NCBI GenBank assembly: GCA_047639315.1
Contig: JBLINQ010000002.1
Location: 6,634 to 70,633 of the forward strand
DNA length: 64,000 nucleotides
Reading direction: 5' to 3'
DNA from: Planctomycetota bacterium
Lineage (GTDB): Bacteria > Planctomycetota > GCA-002687715 > DRQF01
The notes beneath the pieces were generated by a model that ran no database searches, was not told where the DNA came from, and saw only the letters and a list, made by a program, of their open reading frames with translations. Position numbers and translations under genes: made by a program. Positions 1 through 9,446 of this stretch are shown one piece after another (the first letter of the stretch is position 1; each line of letters opens with the position of its first letter).

Positions 1-420
1 GCGGGCACTCTCTTGCTTCGAGGCGCCCAAGCTGACGGCAGCGTTGTACCGTACTTGCAGAGATTCGTCGTCAAGCAAAGGAGTGAGGGCGCCAACGAAA
101 GGAGCGTGTTCGGGCACGCAACCCATGGCCCAGGCGGCTGTCGAGCGAATCTGGGACGTCTTGTGCTTAGCCAAGCCCAAGACCTCGTCGTACCAATCTT
201 CGGTTTTCGCATCCTTCTGTTCAACGCGATCGACGAACTGAGAGAGTGCCTTATGGACTTGTCCGTCTGACCCGTCGCCGCTGAGAAGTTTTTCCATCTG
301 AGAATCACTCAGCTTGGTGGCATACCAACAGGAACGCCAGCTGAATCCGATCAGGACAAGCATGACCGCGACTGTCAAAATGGAGTTGGTGCGACCGGGA
401 TTTTTGGTGTCGGTGCTCAT
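1..420 (-). CDS. membrane-anchored HEAT-repeat protein, N-terminal part (gene runs off the left edge)
   Basis: Absent from the ORF track because there is no stop in the window. My own minus-strand translation from ATG 420-418 gives MSTDTKNPGRTNSILTVAVMLVLIGFSW (one TM helix). It continues ...IRSTAAWAMGCVPEHAPFVGALTPLLDDESLQVRYNAAVSLG, a HEAT/PBS-lyase-type repeat signature. The frame is open for all 140 codons to position 1. Confidence 0.55.
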   Translation of the reverse strand, partial: MSTDTKNPGRTNSILTVAVMLVLIGFSWRSCWYATKLSDSQMEKLLSGDGSDGQVHKALSQFVDRVEQKDAKTEDWYDEVLGLAKHKTSQIRSTAAWAMGCVPEHAPFVGALTPLLDDESLQVRYNAAVSLGASKQESAR

Positions 421-525
421 GAGCCAGAATAACGCCTCATCCTCCCGGCAAAAGGGAGTAGGCATAGGAACGCCCTCGTAGGCGTGGTCTCAATCGAGAG
501 CTTACGAGGGCGTTCTTGTTGTTTC

Positions 526-1065
526 TTAGAAGAGGAAAGGCAGGTATTGCATCAAATGCTGCTGGGCATCAGGTGACACCAAAGCCAGCATCAGAATGAT
601 CAAGAAAACCGGAATGACGAGCAACAGGTGGAATGTCTTGCGCTCAAACTTCACATGCATGAAGTAAAGTGCCACCCACAGTGCCTTGACGACAGCCATG
701 ACGGTCAGGACGACCCATAGCGCGACACCACTGATGCCAAACCATGCTGAGCACTTCCATTCCAAGAGAGTCATGATCAAGAGCCCGACAAAAATCGCGA
801 TGTATGGCGATTCATGGTGATCATCATCATGCGCTGCAGCCGTTGTTGGCATTGCTGCTACGGCGGCACCGCCTGATCCTGCGCTGATGGTCGGACGACT
901 GTATTCCTTGCGGTCGACTTCTTGGCCGGTTCGTATCCCTTCAATCTGGACACGAATTTCCGCCACTTCAGACTGCCAGGCTGGGGTTACCGAGTAGGTC
1001 GGACGTCCCATGATGTCGTTTACTTTTGATTCGAGTTTCGCGATCTTTTCGCTGCTCATCGCCAT
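526..1065 (-). CDS. cytochrome c oxidase subunit IV family protein (prokaryotic COX4) with ~90-aa N-terminal extension
   Basis: The C-terminal ~95 aa has three hydrophobic helices and the KALWVALYFMHV motif typical of bacterial subunit IV (FMHL-type). It lies directly downstream of subunit III on the same strand. The N-terminal part is soluble and coiled-coil-like. Confidence 0.7.
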   Translation of the reverse strand: MAMSSEKIAKLESKVNDIMGRPTYSVTPAWQSEVAEIRVQIEGIRTGQEVDRKEYSRPTISAGSGGAAVAAMPTTAAAHDDDHHESPYIAIFVGLLIMTLLEWKCSAWFGISGVALWVVLTVMAVVKALWVALYFMHVKFERKTFHLLLVIPVFLIILMLALVSPDAQQHLMQYLPFLF

Positions 1066-1119
1066 TGATCCTTTTTAGGAAACGCTGCCATCCAGATTTC
1101 GAAGAATTCTCAAACGAAC

Positions 1120-1731
1120 CTATGTCAATGGTTCGAAGAGGTAGACGAAAGTGAAAAGAAGAATCCAAACTAAGTCGACAAAGTGCCAGAAAAGCCCAAC
1201 GATTTCGACCGGCATTGAATTGTCTGGGCCGTAACGGCCTTTCAGAGATGCAATATAAATGCAGGTCAAGTAGATGACGCCGGTCAAAACATGGAGCCCG
1301 TGGTAACACGTCAGAGCATAGAATGTCGCTGAGAAGTTATCTGTCCACGGGAGGACGCCGTCATGGACTAAGTGGTAATATTCGTAAACCTGAACGCCCA
1401 GGAACGCGCAGCCGCCAAGGATCGTCGCGAGCAGCATGCGGCTGGTGCCCTTTTGGTCGCCTGCTTTGCATGCCTTGAGCGCGAAGACCATCGTGACACT
1501 TGAACAGATCAAGATGAAGGTGTTGAAAGCAGTCAGGTCGACTGCCAAGACACCAGCATCATTAGGGTTAGGCCACCACTCCGCCGTCGCACGCGTGGCA
1601 GAATAAGCGGCAAACAGGCCTGCGAAGCCCATCCCGTCCGAAGCGATAAAAGACCACATGGCAAACTTGCCTGCGGACATGCCCATCAATTCGCGTGATT
1701 CTTTGCTCACGCTCACTGCTGCTGAAGACAA
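1120..1731 (-). CDS. ctaE: cytochrome c oxidase subunit III (heme-copper oxidase subunit III)
   Basis: 203 aa and polytopic. It carries the conserved C-terminal pattern YHGLHVLTGVIYL...WHFVDLVWILLF of subunit III. Confidence 0.85.
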   Translation of the reverse strand: MSSAAVSVSKESRELMGMSAGKFAMWSFIASDGMGFAGLFAAYSATRATAEWWPNPNDAGVLAVDLTAFNTFILICSSVTMVFALKACKAGDQKGTSRMLLATILGGCAFLGVQVYEYYHLVHDGVLPWTDNFSATFYALTCYHGLHVLTGVIYLTCIYIASLKGRYGPDNSMPVEIVGLFWHFVDLVWILLFTFVYLFEPLT

Positions 1732-2139
1732 ATCTCAGCCTCCTGAATCCGAATCAAGGTCAATACTAGCGCGTTAACTTATCCTAATTCCAGGTAAAGA
1801 AACTACCTGGACAGATTGTCGCAGAATTATCAGCCTGATTCTACGTCTTCCCTGGCTCGGGACAATCCCAATGCATTGCTTCTGACTTGGGTAGAGAACT
1901 GGTCTTGCGACATTCTGACTGGTTGCACAAACGCTCCAGTGTCCGTACATTCCAAGGTATGAGATAGGGTCCAGGTGGGGCAATGTGCACAATTGAGCCG
2001 AGATGTCGTATGTGGCGTCCCAGGGTCAAACAGAGCATTTTTGCCATGATTGGATACCTACTTCGCTGTTGGAATGGACAACCAATTTGCGTGCACTTTT
2101 GCGCACAAGTTGCGGATAGATGGACCTTGGAGCCACTTG

Positions 2140-2739
2140 ATGACCGAGGAAAACAAAGATCAGGCAAAAGCTGTTGAGGCCCCAGAGGCCAAAGCTGCTA
2201 CTGCTGCTTTGAAACCTACAAAGCCCAAGCCTCGTTTGGTGCGGGACGACGAAGATGAGAAGCGTGCTGACCTGACACGGGAGCAGCGCCGTAATTTTGT
2301 CACCCTGATGATGAATGGCTTCTTCTTCATTCTGTTGGGCGCGTTCATGCGGTTCTTCTTCCCGCGTGCACTCTTTGAGCCGAAAACCAAATTCCCGATT
2401 GGCACACCAGCTGACTTTGAGCTGGGCGTTGATACGAGCTGGCAGGGCCGGCAGAGAATTTGGATCGTCAAAGATGCCGAGGGGATCTTTGTCATTTTCG
2501 CGAAGTGTACCCACCTGGGGTGCACGCCTGACTGGAAGGCTTCCGAAGACAAATTCAAATGCCCATGTCACGGTAGTGGATTCACACGCGACGGCATCAA
2601 CTTCGAGGGCCCGGCTCCTCGTCCCCTTGATCGCTGCCATGTCGAGTTAGACGCCACCGGGGCGATCGTCGTCGATAAACTAAAACTTTACAACTTCGAG
2701 AACTTCGAAGCGCCTGGGGCTAGGTTGCGTGGTGTTTAA
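2140..2739 (+). CDS. Rieske [2Fe-2S] subunit of a cytochrome bc/b6f-type complex
   Basis: Rieske boxes CTHLGC...CPCHGSGF with an N-terminal TM helix. I prefer ATG 2140, which has GGAG 7 nt upstream, over the track start at 2050. Confidence 0.85.
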   Translation: MTEENKDQAKAVEAPEAKAATAALKPTKPKPRLVRDDEDEKRADLTREQRRNFVTLMMNGFFFILLGAFMRFFFPRALFEPKTKFPIGTPADFELGVDTSWQGRQRIWIVKDAEGIFVIFAKCTHLGCTPDWKASEDKFKCPCHGSGFTRDGINFEGPAPRPLDRCHVELDATGAIVVDKLKLYNFENFEAPGARLRGV

Positions 2740-2793
2740 CACTGCTCACAGGACCGCAATGAAGCGAGTCCAACCCCGTAACGGAGGACGGGA

Positions 2794-3648
2794 TTGACCA
2801 TGTCAAAGTCAGACCAAGGTTCCGGCAAGAAGTCGAACAAAGAGAAATTGGCCGAGCTGGAAAAACAGCTCAAAGAAGGTCAAATCTGGAAGTCCGTGTT
2901 TCGACACAAGTTGGACGAGACTCCCAGAAACCGCTCGCTTGCGGTTCTATCGAACGTTTTCTTGCATCTGCATCCTGCGCGCATTAACCGCGACGCTGTT
3001 CGATACAACTTCACCTGGGGTATGGGTGGAATTACGTTCTACCTCTTCATCATCCTGACGCTCACCGGCGTCTTGTTGATGTTCTATTACCATCCCTCCA
3101 AGGTGCAGGCTTTTCGCGATATTCTTTACATCATGAATGATGTGCCTTTTGGCAACATTCTGAGGAATATGCATCGATGGGCGGCCCATGCCATGGTGAT
3201 GACTACCTGGTTCCATATGCTCCGGGTGTTCCTGACCGGTTCATACAAACCGCCCCGCGAATTCAACTGGGCGATTGGTGTTCAGCTTCTGCTGATAACC
3301 ATGCTCTTGTCGTTCACCGGCTACTTGTTGCCTGATGATCAGCTCGGTTTCTGGGCTGTGACCGTGGGAACAAACATGGCTCGTGCGACGCCGCTTTTAG
3401 GCCATGAAGGTCCATTAGCAGCGGAAATTGGCATTAACGCATTCAACGACGTTCGATTTGCTCTGTTAGGAGGTTCCATTGTGGACTCCAATGCTTTGCT
3501 GCGAGCGTATATCTGGCACTGTATCGCTATTCCGATTATTGCCAGCGTGTTGATGATTGTTCACTTCTGGCGCGTTCGGAAAGACGGGGCAATTTCTGGC
3601 CCGGCACCGATGATGCTCGAGAGTGAAATCAAACCGATCAAGAAGTAG
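2794..3648 (+). CDS. cytochrome b6-like subunit (N-terminal cytochrome b, split form)
   Basis: 284 aa with four-helix-bundle His pairs (MHRWAAHAMV; WHCIAIPIIASVLMIVHFW) typical of the cytochrome b N-terminal domain. It follows the Rieske gene. The start could be ATG 2800 instead of TTG 2794. Confidence 0.85.
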   Translation: MTMSKSDQGSGKKSNKEKLAELEKQLKEGQIWKSVFRHKLDETPRNRSLAVLSNVFLHLHPARINRDAVRYNFTWGMGGITFYLFIILTLTGVLLMFYYHPSKVQAFRDILYIMNDVPFGNILRNMHRWAAHAMVMTTWFHMLRVFLTGSYKPPREFNWAIGVQLLLITMLLSFTGYLLPDDQLGFWAVTVGTNMARATPLLGHEGPLAAEIGINAFNDVRFALLGGSIVDSNALLRAYIWHCIAIPIIASVLMIVHFWRVRKDGAISGPAPMMLESEIKPIKK

Positions 3649-3689
3649 TGATTGCCCTAGGGCACTCCGATTAAGGGAGAGAAGACTGA

Positions 3690-4676
3690 ATGTTCTTCCT
3701 CAGTGATCCATCCGGCTCTAAGCCTGAACTAGATGTTCATCCGCCGGCCGTCTTTGACGGACACCAGCTTTGGGAACTCGTTTCGTTGCCAGACAACGTG
3801 CCGATTGTCCTGATGTTGATCCTATTGATCTTCTATATGTGGATGGCGTTTCGTCAGGCCTTTGCCAACGATCGCCTGATTGAGCAGTTGGAGGGCGATC
3901 CCAACTTAGCCAAGACGCACCATAGGAAGACCTCTCCTTGGCACCCGAGCTGGGAGAAGACTGTCGCCGTGTGGCCACATTTGCTGAAACGCGAATTCTT
4001 GGCATCGGTGATTATTTTGGCCTTCTTGATCGTGTGGTCAGTTTTCCTCGATGCACCTCTTGAGTCACCGGCGAACCCGACCCTGACGATGAACCCGTCG
4101 AAGGCCCCATGGTACTTTCTTGGGCTGCAGGAAATCCTGGTCTACTTCGATCCTTGGATCGCTGGTGTGATCTTGCCTGGAATCATCGTCGGTGGTTTGA
4201 TGGCAATCCCCTACCTTGACCCGAATCCATTGGGCAATGGCTACTACACTTGGAAGCAACGGAAGTTCGCTATCACGATCTTCCTCATCGGTTTCCTCAT
4301 CTTGTGGGTCGCCTTGGTCATCCTCGGAACGTTTATGCGTGGCCCGGGTTGGATGTTCTTTTATCCTGGAGAAACCTGGGATCACTTGAAGGTCATCTAC
4401 GAAATTAACGTCGACTTGCATGAGATGTTTGGGATCACAGGAGCATGGGCTCGAGGGATCTTCGGTGCAGTCGTATGTGGTGCTTACTGTGTCATTGCTG
4501 GTGGAATCTTCCACGCATGGTTCCGCAAGTCGACCATGTACGCCCGTCTCAGCATTGCGCAATACGCCCATCTCCAATTTTTCATGATCACCATGATGTC
4601 ACTACCCGTGAAAATGATCCTCCGACTTGGATTCAACGTGAAGTACGTCTGGGTAACACCGTGGTTCAATATTTAA
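3690..4676 (+). CDS. cytochrome b C-terminal domain / subunit IV-like protein (extended)
   Basis: Contains a PEWY-equivalent motif, PSKAPWYFLGLQEILVYF, and multiple TM helices. It sits after the b6-like gene as in split b6f/bc operons. At 328 aa it is longer than a classical subunit IV. Confidence 0.75.
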   Translation: MFFLSDPSGSKPELDVHPPAVFDGHQLWELVSLPDNVPIVLMLILLIFYMWMAFRQAFANDRLIEQLEGDPNLAKTHHRKTSPWHPSWEKTVAVWPHLLKREFLASVIILAFLIVWSVFLDAPLESPANPTLTMNPSKAPWYFLGLQEILVYFDPWIAGVILPGIIVGGLMAIPYLDPNPLGNGYYTWKQRKFAITIFLIGFLILWVALVILGTFMRGPGWMFFYPGETWDHLKVIYEINVDLHEMFGITGAWARGIFGAVVCGAYCVIAGGIFHAWFRKSTMYARLSIAQYAHLQFFMITMMSLPVKMILRLGFNVKYVWVTPWFNI

Positions 4677-4733
4677 GCCGAGCTGCCTCGCAGTCGGTCG
4701 AAACGCACAAGAGCAGGATTTAAGGAGCGACAG

Positions 4734-7700
4734 ATGGCTGACAAGCAGTCCGTCCCCAAGGACCCAATTCAGACCAAATCCCTCAGTTTGCCAATCTTCT
4801 TGGCATCCGTTGTACTGATGGGTTCCGTTGTCTTGGCAGGGTACGACGAGTTTTTTGGACGGAGACCCTATAAGGGCATCCAGAAGGATTTCGTTACCGT
4901 TTACCTCAATCACCTAGAGGTTCTGCAACCTCAGCAAGAGAAGAAGCTAGAGAAACTGCAGAGCTCCAGGGAATACAAAAGCCTGGCAGAAGAGCGTGAC
5001 GCTGAAATTGAGGTGATGAACGCAGCAGTGGAACCTGTTGCTGTCGAACTCGCCGAATTGCAGACGAACATCGGTAGCCTTCAAGCCGCGTTCAAGAATT
5101 CGAGAGCCCAACTTGGTGCGCATCGTTATTCCTTGGAAACGGCACGGAGTGATTCTCGGCGTGATGAGATTCGCGCTGAAATGGCCGAAGTGAAGGCGGA
5201 AAAACTGCCCGTTACTTTGATCGAAGGCGAAGACGAGGTGGATGTGACTCTCACCTTTGATGAGATCTCAGCCAAGCTGCTGGTCTTGAACAAGCGCAAG
5301 TCACAACTTGACGCCCAGCGCGGTCAGCTTTCAGCTCGGTCGGGCGCTCTGCAAAAAGAGATTGATTCATACATCACCAAGAACATGGTCGGCCCTTTGC
5401 CGGCTAATGTTGCCAAGCTGCATGAAAAGACGTCCAAAGGACTTCTGGGTTCAGAGGGCAAAGGCGTCAACGACATCCTTCAGATTCACATTGGTGAATT
5501 CGATTGGGTCGATCGTTGCGAAAGTTGCCACGCTGGTACTCGTGAGCCCGTCAGTATGCGTGATTGGGATATCAACTTCGCCACCCCAGGTGACGAGCCA
5601 GTTGAAAACGCCCATGTGTTTACCACGCATCCGCATACCGGTTTGTTGGACATTCACAACCCAACCAAGTTCGGTTGCTCCATGTGTCACAATGGCAATG
5701 GTCGTTCGGTTACATCTGAGCATCTTGCTCACGGCATGAACCATCACTGGCTTTTCCCATTGACTGAAAGAAACCCAGTCGATGTCGAGAAGGGGATGGG
5801 CAGTTTTGAAGCTGGCTGTGTCCAGTGTCACAAGAGTGACCTTTACCTTGGCTACACACCGTCACCGTTCGTCGAAAAAGACGAAGCAGGACATGCGGTC
5901 AAGGACGACAAGGGGAATATGGTCGAGCATGATCGGGCTTCGGCCTTCAATACAGCTCGCCAACTTTTCCAGCACAATGGTTGCTGGGGTTGCCATCGTT
6001 ATGAAGGCATTGACACTCAACCTGAAGATATCGTCCAGATCGATAGCGAACTCCTTGGCCTTGTAGGCAAGGTTGACCGCCTGGATTTGGCTCAGGACTC
6101 TGCGCGCGATCCAAATACAAAGCGCCGGATCAACATGGATCTGGCCGCAATCGACACACGTCGCAACGAATTGGTCGCGAAACGTGCGGACCTCGAGAAG
6201 GAACGCCAAAAAGTTGGACCTGATCTTCGGTACATCAAGAAGAAGGTTCGTCCTGATTGGCTTTTGCCATGGTTGTTGAATCCCAAGGAATTCCGTCCTT
6301 CGACTAAGATGCCACAGTTTTTCCTCAACTTGAGTGAGGATAAGGCTCGTGAGCATGCGATGAAGATTGCTGCTTATCTTTGGCAGCAAAATCCAGCTGA
6401 AGACAAGGTCATCGGAACCTATGCCCGCGGCGACGCGAAGAAGGGTGAAGTGGCCTTTAAGTCTCGGGGCTGCCTTGGCTGCCATGCGATCGAAGATAAT
6501 GGCGAGATCGTCGGTGACGCCTTTGCCGCGAATCTTTCTCATGTCGGCGATAAGGTCGAGTATGACTACTTAGTCAAGTGGATCATGGAGCCTGACAACG
6601 GCGTCATGCCAAATCTGCGTCTGTCCGAAGAAGATTCGCGCAACGTTGCGACTTATCTGAAGGGTCGCACCGGTTCTGGCGTGAGCTACGAAGTTGTTGA
6701 CAAGCTCGACGACAAGGACTTTGCCCTCGAAGGGAAGAAGCTGATTTCTCATTACGGTTGTGCTGGCTGTCACACAATCAACCAGTTTGAAAATGAGGGT
6801 CGTATCGGCGTTGAGCTGACTAAGGAAGGATCGAAGCCGAAAGAGCGCCTCGACTTTGGTCGCTTGGAGCATGGCTTCAAACGTGCCCATCGCTACACGC
6901 ACAAGGCGTTCTTCGAAGAGAAGCTTCGTAATCCTGGTGTGTTTGGCAAAGGCAAAGTTTACGAGGATCCAGAGCAACTGGACCGTCTCAAAATGCCGAA
7001 TTTTGGTTTGGACGAGACGCAAATCGTTGCCTTGTCGACTCTTCTTTTGGGAAGTGTCGAATCAGAGATTCCTGACGCATTCAAATACAATCCTGATGAG
7101 CGTGGCCAAGCAATCCAAAAAGGTTGGTGGGTCATTAAGAAGTACAACTGTATTGGTTGCCACCAAATCGAACCGAGTGTCAATCCTAGCGTTTGGGATC
7201 TTCCTTACGATCAGTACCAGTTGACGGACAAGTCAGGGAAGAAGAAGACTGACATGCGTCCGCCATCCTTGGTTGGCATCGGTTTCCGGACGAATCCAAA
7301 ATGGTTGGCTGAATTCCTGAGGAATCCAACGCAGACTCATGAGCCTCTCTATGGCAACGGTCTTCGTGGATACCTTCAAATTCGGATGCCGACGTTCCGT
7401 ATGAGTGAAGGCGAAATCCAAACAATTGTGAAGTTCTTCGGCGCCCTGGATTCGCAATCGACTCCCTACGTCGCACCGGACCTCGCGCCATTGACCGCAA
7501 AAGAAAAGGTCATGGCTGGAAACGTCTTCCGCGAAGTGAACTGCAACAGTTGCCATGCCATTGGTGATGAGGAGCGTGACGCCAAGATTGGCGTTTTTGC
7601 TCCGAATCTTGTCTGGGCTGGCCGCAAACTGCGCTCGGATTGGACGACACGTTGGTTGGCGAATCCTCTGAAGTTGCTCCCAGGCACGAACATGCCTTCG

Positions 7701-7991
7701 AACTTCAGTGAAGAATGGATGATCACGAAGACTGATGGCACCGTTGTCATGGGTACGGAAATGGTGATTCGTCGAGGCTTTGCCAATATCAAGGACTATG
7801 CCACTAATTCGAACCTCAAGGTTCCTGTGGGCGAGATCGCTGAATCGAAGATGACACGTTATGTGGCATCGTCGATCACCGGAGATCTCAAAACCTATAA
7901 GGGTGATCACTTGAAGCTCATGATGCGTTACTTGCATATGGGTTATGACGATGAAGAGGCCCGCAAGGTGACTCCTGATCTCATGAAGTAG
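4734..7991 (+). CDS. membrane-anchored octaheme c-type cytochrome (1085 aa) of the bc-type complex
   Basis: Eight CxxCH motifs: CESCH, CSMCH, CVQCH, CWGCH, CLGCH, CAGCH, CIGCH, CNSCH. There is an N-terminal TM helix (LPIFLASVVLMGSVVLAG) followed by ~200 aa of coiled-coil-like sequence. It is the last gene of the Rieske/cyt b operon and is followed by a strong terminator. Confidence 0.85.
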   Translation: MADKQSVPKDPIQTKSLSLPIFLASVVLMGSVVLAGYDEFFGRRPYKGIQKDFVTVYLNHLEVLQPQQEKKLEKLQSSREYKSLAEERDAEIEVMNAAVEPVAVELAELQTNIGSLQAAFKNSRAQLGAHRYSLETARSDSRRDEIRAEMAEVKAEKLPVTLIEGEDEVDVTLTFDEISAKLLVLNKRKSQLDAQRGQLSARSGALQKEIDSYITKNMVGPLPANVAKLHEKTSKGLLGSEGKGVNDILQIHIGEFDWVDRCESCHAGTREPVSMRDWDINFATPGDEPVENAHVFTTHPHTGLLDIHNPTKFGCSMCHNGNGRSVTSEHLAHGMNHHWLFPLTERNPVDVEKGMGSFEAGCVQCHKSDLYLGYTPSPFVEKDEAGHAVKDDKGNMVEHDRASAFNTARQLFQHNGCWGCHRYEGIDTQPEDIVQIDSELLGLVGKVDRLDLAQDSARDPNTKRRINMDLAAIDTRRNELVAKRADLEKERQKVGPDLRYIKKKVRPDWLLPWLLNPKEFRPSTKMPQFFLNLSEDKAREHAMKIAAYLWQQNPAEDKVIGTYARGDAKKGEVAFKSRGCLGCHAIEDNGEIVGDAFAANLSHVGDKVEYDYLVKWIMEPDNGVMPNLRLSEEDSRNVATYLKGRTGSGVSYEVVDKLDDKDFALEGKKLISHYGCAGCHTINQFENEGRIGVELTKEGSKPKERLDFGRLEHGFKRAHRYTHKAFFEEKLRNPGVFGKGKVYEDPEQLDRLKMPNFGLDETQIVALSTLLLGSVESEIPDAFKYNPDERGQAIQKGWWVIKKYNCIGCHQIEPSVNPSVWDLPYDQYQLTDKSGKKKTDMRPPSLVGIGFRTNPKWLAEFLRNPTQTHEPLYGNGLRGYLQIRMPTFRMSEGEIQTIVKFFGALDSQSTPYVAPDLAPLTAKEKVMAGNVFREVNCNSCHAIGDEERDAKIGVFAPNLVWAGRKLRSDWTTRWLANPLKLLPGTNMPSNFSEEWMITKTDGTVVMGTEMVIRRGFANIKDYATNSNLKVPVGEIAESKMTRYVASSITGDLKTYKGDHLKLMMRYLHMGYDDEEARKVTPDLMK

Positions 7992-8023
7992 ATCTCGGCG
8001 TGAGTTCTGAGAATTGAATCGAA

Positions 8024-8054
8024 GCACCGCCTCATTTGAGGCGGTGCTTTTCTT
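8024..8054 (+). terminator. rho-independent terminator after the octaheme cytochrome gene
   Basis: GCACCGCCTC-ATTT-GAGGCGGTGC is a 10-11 bp perfect stem with a 4-nt loop, followed by TTTTCTT. It starts 33 nt after the stop codon. Confidence 0.85.
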
Positions 8055-8300
8055 ATGCCTCTCTGTGGGAACTCAAGCCCTATGAACTAGCCGGAGGGGT
8101 GGGCGTCTCGCCCTCCAATCAACTGCCGTCTCCAACGTAAGCCGACAATCCGTACCCCTTGATTTTCTTGCTCCAAGAATCCAAGGCGAAGGCACATACG
8201 GGACTCCTAAGTCGTTGTCGCCGCCGCAAATCGGACGAGTTGACGCATCAGATGAGAGAATGTTGTCTCCAGCGAAGGGAGGGAGCTAAGATAGATCACT

Positions 8301-8984
8301 ATGGTTACCCCCTCCGCAATATTAGAAGATCCGAAGACCAACGAACCACCTGCTGTATGGCCACCTGATGATGAGGGTGGCGGAGGAGGTGGTGGCGGAA
8401 GCGGCAGCGGCGGCCAACAAAACAACAGCGGCCCGCCTGTTTCGGCAGCTCGTTTGGCGGTTGTCATTTTCTGTGCCTCTGTGGTGATGCTCTTCGCCGG
8501 CATTCTTTCGGCTTTGGTGATCTTGCGCCGTGAATCTGGGGCTTGGCCACCACCAGATGCGCCGACTTTGGTGCGTGATCTTTGGATCAGCACCGGCTTC
8601 ATCGTCGCTTCAAGCTTAGCTGGTTTTTGGGCCATGATCGGGGCTAAGCCCGAGCGCCGGAGGCAACTGACGAGGCGAGTGGCGTTGACTTGGATTCTGG
8701 GGCTCGGTTTCTGCGTTTCCCAGATGGCTCTGTGGAACTCACTGCTCTCTGCAGGTGTTCAGCTCGAGTACTCGGCCAACTTCACCGCTCTCTTCTATAT
8801 GATCACTGCACTTCACGTATTGCACGTGTTTGGAGGCATGATCTTTCTGGCAAAGTGCTATTTTCGCGGACGTGCCGGAGTCGACTTTCGCGATCTCAAA
8901 GCCAGCTGCGGCAACTGCATGATCTACTGGCACTTTGTTGGTGTGGTTTGGTACGTCCTTTTTGCCTTCCTTCACTCGAAGTAG
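8301..8984 (+). CDS. cytochrome c oxidase subunit III family paralog with Gly-rich N-terminus
   Basis: The C-terminal pattern ALHVLHVFGGMIFL...IYWHFVGVVWYVLFAFL matches the subunit III family, and the protein has 4-5 TM helices. The N-terminus carries DDEGGGGGGGGSGSGGQQNNSG. Confidence 0.7.
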   Translation: MVTPSAILEDPKTNEPPAVWPPDDEGGGGGGGGSGSGGQQNNSGPPVSAARLAVVIFCASVVMLFAGILSALVILRRESGAWPPPDAPTLVRDLWISTGFIVASSLAGFWAMIGAKPERRRQLTRRVALTWILGLGFCVSQMALWNSLLSAGVQLEYSANFTALFYMITALHVLHVFGGMIFLAKCYFRGRAGVDFRDLKASCGNCMIYWHFVGVVWYVLFAFLHSK

Positions 8985-9020
8985 GCTAGCGCGACGAATG
9001 ACAATCGACGAGATGATCCG

Positions 9021-9446
9021 CTATTTGGGGTAGAGAACGTGCAGGAGCACGTAAATGAGAACACCTGTCACGGATACGTACATCCATACCGGCAAGACAA
9101 AACGCGCCAGTTTCCTGTGGCGATCGATCTTGTCCTTGATCCCAGCATGAGCCAGAATCAAGATCGGGGGCACCATGATGGCCGCCAGCGGAATGTGCGT
9201 AATCAGAATGAAGAAGTAAATATAGCGAATGACACCTTCTCCAGCGAAATGCTTCTCCTCACCTAAAGAGTGGTAGGTCAGGTAGGAAACCAGGAAAAGG
9301 GCCGATGCGACCAAGGCGCAAAGCATGGTCTTCTTGTGTTTTTCGACCTGGCCAGACTTCACTTGGCGATAGCCCAAGACCAGCAGGGAGAAAGCAACAA
9401 GATTGAGGCTGGCGTTGACTGCTGGCAGTGACGAAACAAAGTCCAT
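9021..9446 (-). CDS. DUF420 family membrane protein (CtaM-like oxidase-associated)
   Basis: 141 aa with 4 TM helices. The N-terminus LPAVNASLNLVAFSLLVLGY and the conserved His-containing helices resemble DUF420, and the gene clusters with SCO and cox genes. Confidence 0.65.
   Translation of the reverse strand: MDFVSSLPAVNASLNLVAFSLLVLGYRQVKSGQVEKHKKTMLCALVASALFLVSYLTYHSLGEEKHFAGEGVIRYIYFFILITHIPLAAIMVPPILILAHAGIKDKIDRHRKLARFVLPVWMYVSVTGVLIYVLLHVLYPK

Noticed and set aside
2050-2139. N-terminal 30 codons of the track ORF for the Rieske protein (MDTYFAVGMDNQFACTF...)
   Set aside because: There is no Shine-Dalgarno and the sequence is not Rieske-like. ATG 2140 has GGAG at optimal spacing and gives a normal N-terminal tail plus TM helix.
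7233-8027. 264-aa minus-strand ORF, and similar long antisense ORFs at 5862-6542, 11398-12090, 12415-13116, 31012-31662, 38983-39408 and 55724-56362
   Set aside because: All lie fully inside strongly supported genes on the other strand (octaheme cytochrome, coxII, coxI, uvrA, the GreA fusion, the ECF sigma factor). They have no recognisable motifs and are typical shadow ORFs at this GC content.
8207-8635. 142-aa minus-strand ORF with a poly-proline tract (PPLPLPPPPPPPPSSSGG)
   Set aside because: It is the antisense reading of the Gly-codon tract of the subunit-III paralog, whose own frame has clear family motifs.
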